Shown here: one piece after another, positions 36,985 through 49,500 of the stretch
How the letters are laid out: every line of letters begins with the position of its first letter
Position numbering within the stretch: the first letter of the stretch is position 1
Assembly: GCF_021869535.1 (NCBI RefSeq)
Contig: NW_026262679.1
Location: 4,154,001 to 4,218,000, forward strand
Source of the DNA: Mytilus californianus
Lineage: Eukaryota
Reading direction: 5' to 3'
Length of the DNA stretch: 64,000 bases
Position numbers and translations under genes: made by a program
The notes under the pieces: generated by a model
Told to the model about the DNA's origin: nothing
The model's database searches: none
Seen by the model: the letters and a program-made list of their open reading frames with translations, nothing else

Positions 36985-37325
36985 GATGATGATGGATGGC
37001 TGTTTAATGTCCAGTGGCAAATTAAACGCATATTCAGGATAACAACATGTAAAATTTGATATGAATATGATCCAAAAACACAGAGCTAGATTTTCAACAT
37101 GCTAGTCCTCAATGTAACAGTACACAAGAAGACATGTCCCCTAGGCACATCATTGGACTCTCAGCCAACCAGTCTTTGGTCTTTCCTATATGCTACATAT
37201 TTAGCTTATCAAAGCAGCAGTAAATACCAATTTTCAAGTCTTTGGTTTGACCTGACTGGTAATCTCAACCCCAAATTTCCTTAAATTGAGACCAGCATGC
37301 TACCACAAGACCATTGAGGCAGTTA
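36985..37325 (-). mobile_element. Degenerate tRNA-derived SINE
   Basis: Plus strand reads GATGATGGATGGCTGTTTAATGTCCAGTGGCAAAT..., then AAATACCAATTTTCAAGTCTTTGGTTTGACCTGAC...GCATGCTACCACAAGACCATTGAGGCAG, the reverse complement of a mollusc SINE tail/core/head layout. Heavily diverged. Confidence 0.5.
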
Positions 37326-37600
37326 AACGTTATTCATATTCAAAAGTATCAATGTATGAAAATGGCAAATCTGTGGTATTAACAGCTCCTCATAGGAAAC
37401 ATTTTTTTAAATTAAATTTTTTAAATTATAACACAAATAAATAAAAAATCAATAAAAATTGAAACTAATAGTTTTGTCAACACTTTTATCTTTATAAAGA
37501 AAAATTACTTCTTTCACTGTATCATATGAAATTATAAATTATTAAGCAAATTGTAATTGCTCTTCATTGCCAAACACAAACATTTTAAGTTAAAACTTAC

Positions 37601-37641
37601 TTAATGTTAGGTACTTCACATGATTTGGGTCTGGACTGTAA
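37601..37641 (-). CDS. CRTC: CRTC short coding exon (RPKSCEVP)
   Basis: TCATTTCAG|TTA at 37641 and AA|GTAAGT at 37601, 41 nt, phase 0-2. Encodes LQSRPKSCEVPNI(N), matching vertebrate SRPKSCEVPGIN. Confidence 0.93.
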
Positions 37642-38283
37642 CTGAAATGATCCATATAATAACATAAAATTATGATATATATCTCTGTTTTGCTCTGCTA
37701 TTTCAAATTTGTGTTTTTTTCTGGAATTTTCTGGCAATATGAATTTCTATGTATTAGCAAATACCTGATAGAACTGATAGACCATTAAAGTTTCCTAGTA
37801 CCAGGCATCTAGATAATTTTAGCAATTAAAGGGCAAACAACAATTTACTGTTGAACATGGATTTTTCCATTTGTAAAAGGCATAACTCTTGAAAGGTAAA
37901 CGCCACCCAAGTTCAAACTTGATGTGTGTTTTGTGGTTATAAGCTTTGTGTTTAAGTTTCATAACATTTGGTTGAGACAAACTTAAGTTAAAGAATGGAA
38001 ACAAAAAATTCAGCACCTTTTCCATTTGTAAAGGGCATAACTCTAGAACGGTAAAAGTGATGCCACCCAAATTCAAATTTGATCTGTGTTTTGTGGTTAT
38101 AAGTGTTGTGTATAAGTTTCATAACATTTGGTTGAGGCAAACTAAATTTAGAGAACGAACTAATTTCTGGACGAATGTACTGACGGATAAGGGTAAAACT
38201 AAATGCCCCCTCCACTATGGCGGCGGCATAAAAAAAGCTTTAAACAAATAGTTTACGCCTTCACCGCCGCCAGATTGTAATAC

Positions 38284-38530
38284 CTGTGGGTACATGTATA
38301 CAAACAGAATCACTGCGGGTACATGTATACAAACAGAATCACTGCGGGTACATGTATGCAAACAGAATCACTGCGGGTACATGTATGCAAACAGAATCAC
38401 TGCGGGTACATGTATACAAACAGAATCACTGCGGGTACATGTATACAAACAGAATCACTGCGGGTACATGTATGCAAACAGAATCACTTCTGGTACATGT
38501 ATACAAACAGAATCACTGCAGGTACATGTA
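38284..38530. repeat. 29-bp tandem repeat, about 8 copies
   Basis: CTGCGGGTACATGTAT(A/G)CAAACAGAATCA repeated. It generates three overlapping spurious ORFs (38286, 38294, 38323). Confidence 0.95.
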
Positions 38531-40193
38531 CATATATTATACAAACAATCTGTTTGATGCATATTTTCAGTTGCTTTTCCCAAGTGTAGTATGGGTTACC
38601 ATTAAACATAAACAAGTTTTGGGCAAAAAAATAACCTTAATTTAATTCATACTGTTCTTTCATATTTTACATTGACTACACAATAAATATCATTATTCAT
38701 GAGAATCATGACAAAAACAATGTGCACTGAGACATGTGAACTTTACTTGTGATGTTTAAACACACTTATCACCTGTTAATGGTATAACCACAGGAGTACA
38801 CTTGTAAACTAACTTCATATTTATTTTGACAACAAAAGAGACCTAAAGTTTAAAATTCTATGACTTCCAATGATAAAAGATGATTTAATAGTTATCAATG
38901 GTAAATCATGTCCCGTTATTGATTTTCTGGTGATAATTTAAATGCTATTAAGTTGTACTTTTCTTGCACGTTTTGAACTAAGTGACCTTGTTAGTAGAAT
39001 TGTATTGAAGATTTGATTTAATAAGAGATCAAGGATATTGTTTACTATCCATGGGATATGAAATATAAAAATCGGAAAAACAGTTCACCGCATACATATA
39101 TGCATTAGCATAGATAATCAACAAGCAATATTTTTTACTCTGTTTGGTACAAACTTGTCATATGTACTATTGATTTCAATGGAATGCGTAAAATTTTATT
39201 TATAAGATATTTAATAGATTCGAAGTAAAAAAACATGTGATAATATCAATCTTTTCATTATCCCAGTCTGTTATTGATTTACAGTACTGTTAAGTAACAT
39301 GTATCTATCATACAGATGTCACACAAATAATGAGGAGAAAGATGTTACAGATAGTGTACTGTTAATTCATTATTATTCGTGGGGTACCAATTTTTATGGA
39401 TTTCGTGGGTAAAGTGAACCACGAATTTCAATGTTTGACAAAGGATAAATTTTCTATATGCTAGTTTATACATGTATATGCAGACTTTGCAAAGCCACAA
39501 AATAAATATCCACAAAAATACAATTTTTCCTCAATTCAGGAAAATTGGTAACCACAAAAATAAATGAATCCAAAGTACATGAATTAAAACCAAAATGATT
39601 CAGACCGCCAAAAAAATTCATTCACATTTTTCACCATTATTGAGAAATAAAAATTTTGTTAGCTGCAATAAGAAAACTTTATATAATAGATTACAGTTTT
39701 CTCCCTCAGTGTTTTTAAATAGCACGACAGGATTTAAAATAGCACTGTTTCCATCAAACAACATCTATAAACTAGATTCCATTATAAAATCTATTCATAT
39801 AGCACCATAGTGCAACCTGCTATAGGGCCTTGGGAGAAACCTGAATAGAAGTTTACTCATCTGATCAGGTCTTACTAAAATGTATATATGTATAAAATTA
39901 TAGTCTTATAACAGAAAAGGAAAATTGGGCCACTTTTTCTTTTAAAAGAGGCATGTTACCAGTGACATAAACATTTAAAAGCATTCTTAGTACATTTGTT
40001 CCAATGTATCGATACTATTATAGCTTACGATACAGTATGGGTTTTACTCATTGATGAAGGCTGTTTGGTGACATATAATTGCTTATATCCATGTCATTTG
40101 AATTTTGGTGGTTAGTTAGTCTAATTAGCAGTCATACAACAACTCCTTATTTTTGCTGTATACTCTATACGGGTATAAATTATACATATTTAC

Positions 40194-40261
40194 CTTTTTA
40201 GCATCCCAGTAATTTTTCATTGGATCACCATGTACATTGTCTCCTCCAACCACTTCAAGAA
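40194..40261 (-). CDS. CRTC: CRTC coding exon (ends WDAKK)
   Basis: CATCTTTTACAG|TT at 40261 and AAG|GTAAAT at 40194, 68 nt, phase 1-0. Encodes LEVVGGDNVHGDPMKNYWDAKK; compare vertebrate ..WDTKK/WDAKK. Confidence 0.9.
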
Positions 40262-43200
40262 CTGTAAAAGATGATTTTAACCATTCATTTAAGTACATTA
40301 ATGCTTCATTATATTTAACACTTGCATCTTAATTTGAGGGAGGAGTGCTTTGGGGAAAACTTCACTTCTATAGAACCAACAGGAGGTTCTACTACAAAAT
40401 TCAGAGTCTTTACATTTCTCACTTCATGTGTTGCTTAGTTTCAAAATCTTCAATTCAGGGTTACAAAATGTATTATGATGAACTCAAAAACTGATATCTA
40501 CATGTATGAAGCCCATTCAGGACCTCCAAAAAATATATTTTTGAATTTGATGTTACGAATTTAAAAAGTTGTGATCCCATATAAAAATTGTTATCATAAA
40601 TTCTATAATTACAAATCAAGGAGAAAATTAGTGATAACAAATCTGTAACATTTTAAAGTTATATAAAATTTTTGTAGTTCATGATCAAAGAATTTTTCTA
40701 TAATTCATTTAAGTACATTAATGCTTCATTATATTTAACACTTGCATCTTAATTTGAGGGAGGAGTGTAGTGGGGAAAACTTCACTTCTATAGAACCATA
40801 GTTTCTATAGAAACTGCTCATGATAACAGATTCAATTTGAGATAAAATGTAAAATTGTCATAAAATAAAAGAAGAATGTGTCTGAGGACATGAATGACCC
40901 CACTCAAGCTGTTCAATTTTTCAAATTAAAAAGGGGCGTAACTCTAGTACAGTAAATGACTCACTGCCCAAATTCAAATCTATCTGTGTGTTGGACAAGA
41001 CAAACTTAAGTTAGAGTGCGGAAATGAAAAAATTTGCATTTTCCAAGTTATAAAGGGTCATAACTCTAGAACCATTAATGACAAACTGCCAAAATTTATA
41101 CTGTCTGTCTTAGTATTAGGTATGATTTTTTCAAAATTTGGATGAGACAAAGTTTGAGTGCGAAAAAGAAAAAAAATTTGCAATTTTCCAAGTTATCAAG
41201 GGGTATATCTCTATGATGGTGAGTGACTCACTGCCCAAATTCGAACTCTCTCTGCAAGTTTTGGTTTATAGCAATGTGTATGAGTTTCATTAAATTAAGA
41301 TGAAGAAAACTTAAGTTAGAGTGCAGAAACTAAAATGGGACAGATGGAAGGACGGTAAAGGGTAACACTTGATGTCCCCGTTGCCTGGGGGGGGGGGATA
41401 AAAAATGGGACAGACGGGAGGAAGGTCAAGCGTAGGACTTAATGCATAAAAATGTTTATAGTTTGTTAAAACAAACTATTCAATTTTATGATTATGATTT
41501 TAATCATTGATCACATTTTTCCAATTTGAGAAAACAAATTTAATCTGTTATTTAAATTTTAAATAATATTTTTTGGAAGTCCTAAATGGGCTTCCATAGA
41601 TAAAACAAATTTCTTTATTTACAGAATTATTATTACAATGTAGAAAAGTTTAAAAGATATGCTTAGTCATTTGATTTTATACATAAAGAGAAATAATTAG
41701 TGATTGAGAATTTCCTGTTTTACAGTTTATTTGGCTCAGATAGAAAACTTGACATCAGTTTGAACAAAGAATAAGAATCGAAATCCTACAATTAGCTCTA
41801 ACTTTTTATGCTTAGGCATAAGAGAACATTGAAAATTACATGAACATTGATATACATTTAGATGTAGTTTGGAAGCAATCTTACAAGGGATTGTGGGATT
41901 GATTGTGTACTGAATGAGAAGTTTTATAGATCTTCAGTAACAGGGTTATTCAGTACAAATGAAAATACCAATATGTGATTTGTATGTTATAACAGGCATT
42001 GTTCTAGTGTGTGTCATTTGTTAACAATCACTTCCTGCTTTCAATAATATCGGTTAATATACAGAGAATCAAATCCAAAACAATTTTATGTCAATGAAAC
42101 TGATGAAATCTTAAAACTCAGATGTCAGCATCCACAGGAACACATTTCATACGATTTCCTTATTAATTACATTTGTCATGCAAGGACCAGCAGGCAATAA
42201 CAGATATAACACAAGAATTGTATTTATAAGATATCATTTAGACTTGTTACATTGATAATTGCGGTTCTTCTTTCTGACACTAAAGAATTCCATCACAATT
42301 ACCACTTGATGATTTCTTTCCAGACTAAATGTGAATGAATGTTATTCCCACTTTCATCCTAACAATAATCTACAATTATAATCTCTCATGTGAAGTTGAG
42401 TGCTGGTCTTCGATTCTCTACTAACTTGGTCTACAAATTGTCTAGACTCAGGACTATACAAATGGTATATATATTGAAGGCTCAATGTTTTAATGGTTTG
42501 TGTTGATTAGTTGCTGTCTCCCTAATGTCTGTCCACACATATGTACATGTATCCGTTGCTTCAAACATTAAAGTCAACAAACAATAATTTCCAAGGTCTT
42601 TCCAAAATAAAACTGTCAATTCAGATCAGTGGAAAATTTACATTAACAGATTTCAGTCGAGTAGAAAATTACATGGTAATATTAGATTATCTGTGTTTAA
42701 GTTTGTTTAGGATCACAAATCACAAATCAGTTTTCAATGAAATTCTTTAGAATTGGTTCAAATGAAACATAAATATTATGATAATTTATCCAGCCAATAA
42801 AAACCATGCATAAATACAAACTACATGTACTGTTACCGTTATACCAATACTGCTGTACATTTGTATTTGACACAAAAACCCTTTCTTTCTGGTAAAAACA
42901 TATGCTTTTCAATATTAGGAGGGCAAGAAAACTTTCTCAGTTCAAAAATAATATCAAAATCTGGGGTTTGCTTGAAGAAATAAATGGGGAATGTGTACAT
43001 AGGACACAGATGATGCCCCCACTTGCATATCATATAAAGTTATAAAGAGAAAAACTGAAGAATGGTAAAAGTGACGCTACCCAAATTTGTACTTGATCTG
43101 AGTTTTGTGGTAATAAGTATTGTGTATAAGTTTCATAACATTTGGTTGAGGCAAACTTAAGTTAGAGAACAGAAATGAAAAATTCAGCAATTTTTCCATT

Positions 43201-43709
43201 TGTAAAGGGCATAACTCTAGAACGGTAAAAGTGACACCACCCAAATTCAAACTTGATCTGTGTTTTGTGGTAATAAGCATTGTGTATAAGTTTCATAACA
43301 TTTGGTTGGGGCAAACTAAAGTTAAAGAACAGAAACCAACTTTGGAACGTATGGACGGACAGACATAAAATTTGTCGTAACATATAATTATTAAAAACAT
43401 ATTGTCACAATCATTTTTTTGGAAATTCTGTGCAAGTTAAAGGTTTTTTTCTTTTTGGGTTAGAACATTTTTTGTATTTTTGTCAGAGATTTTTATTTAA
43501 TAGCATCATGGTCAAAAACATGTTAAGATAATGAATACCCTTGATTAAATATTAAAGTTATAAAGACTGAATAGGAAAGAATTAGAATTCAAAAACCTCA
43601 TCTTGTATAAAAGAATACTCATAATAAAACTAAATAATTGTATAAGTATCAATTTTCACACATTTACTAACTCATCAATTTTGTAAAATGAAAAAAAAAA
43701 CAGACTTAC

Positions 43710-43721
43710 CTTTCATATCCA
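43710..43721 (-). CDS. CRTC: Candidate 12-nt CRTC microexon
   Basis: TTTACTTTTTACTGAATTTGTTATGCAG|TGGATATGAAAG|GTAAGTCTG. Phase 1-1, frame-preserving (adds MDMK-V between ..HRR and LEVV). Confidence 0.6.
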
Positions 43722-46481
43722 CTGCATAACAAATTCAGTAAAAAGTAAACTTGAAATAAATGGGGAATGTGTCCCCGCTTGCATATAAAGTTATAAAGGG
43801 ACATACCTGAAGAATGTAAAAGTGATGCTACCCAAATTTGGACTTGATCTTAGTTTTGTTGTAAGAATCATTGTGTGTAAGTTTCATAGCATTTGATTGA
43901 ACAGAAACGAAAAATATATAAAGGTCACAACTCTAGAACAGTTAAAGTGACACCACCAAAATTCAAACTTGATCTGTATTTTGTGGTAATAAGCATTGTG
44001 TATAAGTTTTACAACATTTGGTTGAGGCAAAATTAAGTTAGAGAACAGAAACAAAAAAATTCAGCAATTTTTCCATTTGTAAATGGGCATAACTCTAGAA
44101 CCATAAAAGTGACACCACCAAATTCAAACTTGATCTGTGTTTTGTGGTAATAAGCATTGTGTATAAGTTTCATAACATTTAGTTGAGGCAAACTTAAAGT
44201 TAGAGAACGGGAACCAACTTCGGGACATACAGGTGGACGTACAGACAGACAAGGGTAAAACTTAATGCCCCCTCAGCTACTGGGAGGCATAAAAACTTAG
44301 CAAAGCTCTCAAATTCATACCCCCAACTCAACAAATTGTAAAGAAATTATTTGGCATTAAAATTAGAAAGATCATATCATAGGGAACATGTGTACTACAT
44401 TTTAAGTTGATTGGACTTCAACTTCATCAAAAACTACCTTGACCAAAAACTTGAACCTTAAGCAGGACAGATGGACGAACGGACAAAAGAATGGAAGCAC
44501 AAACCGAAAAACATAATGCCCCTCTTCTATCGTAGGTGGTGCATAAAAACAAAGTCCATGTTTTGTTGGTGAAAATTCCCAAAATTATTCAAATTAAAAG
44601 ATAGGATAGGAGATGCAGAATGTCATTATGTAAGCATTATCATAACAATGATCACATTACTGTAAATTCAGAAATTATTGTGAGGTTTTTTCATTAATGC
44701 AAATAATGTGGCTTGGTGTTCATCGCAATAGTAAGAACTCGCATTCTGATACATATATCTGTATGTAGATTTTTCTGAAAGAGCAACAATTAATCTTGCA
44801 TTTTGTCTTTTCTTCAAAAATCGCATTAATAATTGCATGCAATAATTTCTTAATAAACAGTATTCAGTTGCTTCAGTAAAGTTGAGTAACCCTGGGTTAA
44901 ATGACCATTGATTGTACATGTAAGGATTATCACTGAAGTATAGGAATTTCAATCATAACGTATCTAAACTCTTACAAGATGAATGTCAATCTCAAAACAA
45001 ATCACAACCAATATTTTAGTCAATAAAGCAGTAATCATTTGGAATGTCAATTAAATGTTTAAATCTAAGTATTAAATAAATTTAAATCATAAACAAATTT
45101 GTTCAACTAAGTCCTTCACCCTAAAAATATATAGAAATAAACTGCTTCACGGAGCACAGCTGGATATGACCGCAGAGGTCCAACCCTGAACAGTTGGGGC
45201 AAAAATGGACACAATATTCAAGCTTGATACAGGTCTGAATTTGGATTGTAATTAAATATTTGACACATTATAGGTTTCTGACACAGAATAAATGTAGTCA
45301 AAGAACTTGAAATTGGTTATATGATTTGAGTTTATATTCAATTGAAGATTTCTTGCTGTTGTGCAATACACTGTGCTGTTGCGCAATACTTAGTAAATCT
45401 GTTTTCAGACTATATACAAAGAATTAGCAAAAAAATTGTGACCCAAAATTTTTTCTTTGGAAAATTGACAATTTCTTAAATCTTGAGGAAAAAAAAATTG
45501 ACCCCCAAAAAAATTGTTTTTACCCCCTCCCCCCCCTTTAATAACATTTGAAGAAATTTTCTTTTTGTAAAATGTGGTACAATTTAAGAGACATCCATAC
45601 ACTTAAACACAAGTAATTGTCTGAAAATTAGAAAAATGCTTGTTTTGGCCCCTAATTCCTGAACGGTTTGGGCAATTTCCCCCAAAATGAATCCTAACCT
45701 TCTACTCGTGGTATTGAACATTGTGGTACAATTTCAGAGCAATCAAAATACTTATACACAAGTTATTGTCCTGAAACTAGAAAAATGCTTGTTTTGGGCC
45801 CCTTTTTGGCCCCTAATTCCTAAACGGTTGGGACCATCACCCCTAAAAACATTCCCAATCTTCCTTTTGTGGTACTGAACCTTTTGCTTAAATTTCATAG
45901 AGATCCATACACTTAAACTAAAGTTATTGTCCAGAAACCAACTGTCTTTGGACCAAGCCGACGACGTGATAGCAATATACGACCCCAAAATTTTTTTGCG
46001 GTCGTATAAAAAAAACAATTATGAAGGGCGTTATTTTCAATCAGTCTTGATTAAAATGACCGATTGTTGGTAATTAACACCATTTTACTCTAGGCTATAT
46101 TGTGGTGGTCAGTTGTTATTGATGGAAGCCCGAGTACCTGGAAAGAAGCACCAACCTTCCGCAGGAAAACTAGACAATCCTCATCAATTAAATTAGTTGA
46201 ATGTACCTGCCACTAGCTATAGGGGGGTTTGAACTCACAACCTTTTAATTTATTGTCAATAATATTGTGTAAAAATTTGGATAAGCAGTACATTTATAAA
46301 AGTGTGACAGAAGATTGATATGAATATTTAAATGATATGGTATGTCAACAAGTGAGTAGGAGGTTAGTTTGTTTGGTTGTTGTGGCTAGAGGTAACAAAA
46401 CGCACCACCTCGATTACAATAATTCCAACTTTTAATGATCTAGGAATACTAGCTAGAAGCCTAATATTATAATTTACATAC

Positions 46482-46576
46482 TTCTTCTATGAGCTGGAGG
46501 TGTTGTAGGGCTGCCCATATGGTCCAAGTCTGAAGGCCCCATTGTACTGGTATGTATGGCAGAATCGGAATTTGTT
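46482..46576 (-). CDS. CRTC: CRTC coding exon with the RTNSDSA 14-3-3/SIK phosphosite
   Basis: TGTTTGTTTTGTAG|A at 46576 (phase 2) and A|GTATGT at 46482 (phase 1), 95 nt. Encodes (R)TNSDSAIHTSTMGPSDLDHMGSPTTPPAHRR, matching RTNSDSALH(Q/T)S of CRTC1/3. Confidence 0.95.
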
Positions 46577-49500
46577 CTACAAAACAAACAAGCATTATGA
46601 TTATCTTTGCAAGTACCTATGAAGATTTTTTCATTGACTCCATTTATATTCTTTCATATATAATTATCCATACAAATTCTAATTAACAATAAAAATGCTA
46701 AAATCTATTTTTTCTGACATTGATTCACATGTCTTAACTTAACACATCTATTCATATTTCTTCACTTCACACTTAGAGGACTGGGTGTTAAACATCTTAT
46801 AATCTATGAATTCACACTGGATAATCAACATTTTTAATCAATAAGTTATTGGTCCTTTTATTGCAGTGATAGCCTGAGCTACAGAAAGTGTCTTCTTTGC
46901 TACATGTACTTTATTTCATTCTATCAAGCAAAGGGCTTTTGAGAAAATATTACACTTGGCATTTGCAGTCATTTTGGCCTATGTAGGAAGTCATTGCGGT
47001 ATATTTAATGCCATGTTCTGTTCGAATTTATTGTCAGACTTTACTACAAATACTGACATTCAATAACTAGGTATAAGAAAGATGTATGGTATAGGCTGAC
47101 AGATGTGTTTCTGTAGGATAACATGCTAGTGAGACTGTGATCTGCTGTACAATTTAAGCATGCATTCAAAGTATCTATCAAAGGTTTTCATAATATCCCT
47201 TTCAATGCAGTCATTAGACATAAGCAGTGATATTATGGTATATACTGGGCTATACACTACCAGTTTTCAGATATATTTGATTGATTAAGTTTTGAACTTC
47301 CACATGTTGTAGGACTATCTTTGATCACCACTGAGCATAACACTACAGTGAATATAGCACATTACTGATTTTATAACTGGAAAAAACTTGTTTAGGTGAT
47401 CATCTGACATATATAGATACAAACCAGGATTCAACCAAGGTCAATTAAGAATGAAATTACTTCAAAAGATACATCTTTAAACAAAATTAAGCAATCCAAC
47501 TGCTTGTATTATTGATACCAACTCAGTATAGCTAAGTATGAAATATAGGTCACAGTGACTTTTTTTACCTCACTGATGCTAAACTACTCCCAAAATAATA
47601 GGAACAAACATTTTGATGATCCTACTAGTACTACTAACTAAACATGAATTCCAACATACAAATAAATCAAACTTGAATGAAGTCTATATTATGGTTAATG
47701 ATTGCCCAGTTGGTATCATCTCCCTCATTCTTTGTATGAAGCCTATAATTTACAACACAGCAACCTACTTTTGCCTGCATGTTGACCTACTCCCAAAATA
47801 AATAGTTACACACAATAAGATTGTCCTATTACTTAAAGGAAATTACAGCAACATGGATGCCAAGGGTACTCTAACAGTTCTTCAACACTTTGTTGAGACA
47901 AACTTATAAAAGGAATGCAGGTAATTTCAATTCGTTAATTATATATTTATAAATATGTTGAGTGAAAACCAGAAAGCTACATAAAATGTAAACAGGAATG
48001 TTTAATTAATTGTTGAGTTTTTAACTCCTACAGGGAATTATATTTTTCACACATATTCAAGACCAGAAGAATATATTCTATATAAGAATCTGAAAATTGG
48101 GTTGATTTTTGGGGAGATAGAGAGCAAGTATTTTAGAATTTTAAAGGAGCACAAGACCTAATTGGGTGGTTTAAAAATTAGCATTACAAGAAGACAGGTT
48201 GGATTTTTTAAGGAGTTGTTGCTAAGAGCTGTTAAGTGCATACAGCTGGGTTGAAGACTGCAAATGTGCTTTTAATTGAATACCCTCAATCAGAACAATA
48301 CAATACATTATATTTCCAAATTAAGCCCACCGAGGAAATATACATGTAACAGCTATGATCTTTCACAACAAAAAAAAAATAAATTGCTTCCAAGAGCGCA
48401 GCTTGATACGACCGCAGAGGTCCAACCCTGAACAGTTAGGGCAAAAATGGACACAATATTCAAGCTTCATACAGGTCTGAATTTGGATTGTAATTAAATA
48501 TTTGACACATAATAGGTTTCTGACACAGAATAACTGTAATCAAAGAACTTAGAATTGGTTACATGATTTCAATTTATATTCAATCTTTTGCTTTCGTGCA
48601 ATACACTTTGCTGTTGCTGACCCCCCCCCCCCCCCTTTTTTTCAAAAAAAAAATAAATTTGAAGGATTTTCTTTTGGATTCCTGAAATCTTGAGGAGAAA
48701 AAATTGTTCCCCCCACCCCCACCACCATTATTTTTTTTACCCCCCCCCCCTTTTTTCCAAAAAAAAATTCTTTCCCTCAGTCATGGTCATAATTTCAATT
48801 CAAATTTCCAATGGAGTTTGCAACCATAATAACCCATTTAAAGACACCATAAAAGTCTTAAAATAGAAAATGACATACATAATCATAGCTAAAATTGATT
48901 CACCTTATTCAGCATTTTTAAAATCATAAAAATGGTAACTTCTAATAAAATGCTCCGCTGGGCGCCGCTTGATTTGACCGCAGAGATAGAACCCTGAACA
49001 GTTGGGGCAAGTATGGACACAACATTCAAGCTTGATAAGTTGATACAGCTCTGAATTTGGATTGTGATTAAATATTTGATACAGCATAGGTTTCTGACAC
49101 AGAATGAATGTGGTCTAAGAACTTAAAAATTTTTAATTTACCTATTCAAACCATATCATTATTATTTGCTTTTATATATAAATCAGAAATAACCAACTTA
49201 AAATGGAAAATTTTAAAGAAAAAAAAAATCCCCCCCCCCCCCCAATTTTTTGAACCCCCTTATGATTCATCACCCCCAAACTCAATCCCAGCCTTCCCTT
49301 TGTGGTATGGTACCTTGCAGTACAATTTCAGAGAGATCCATACACTTGAACACAAGTTATTGTCATGAAACTATAAAAATAAAATTGAGAATGGAAATGG
49401 GGAATGTGTCAAAGAGACAACAACCCAACCATAGAACAGACAACAGCAGAAGGTCACCAACAGGTCTTCAATGCAGCGAGAAATTTCCGCACCCGGAGGC

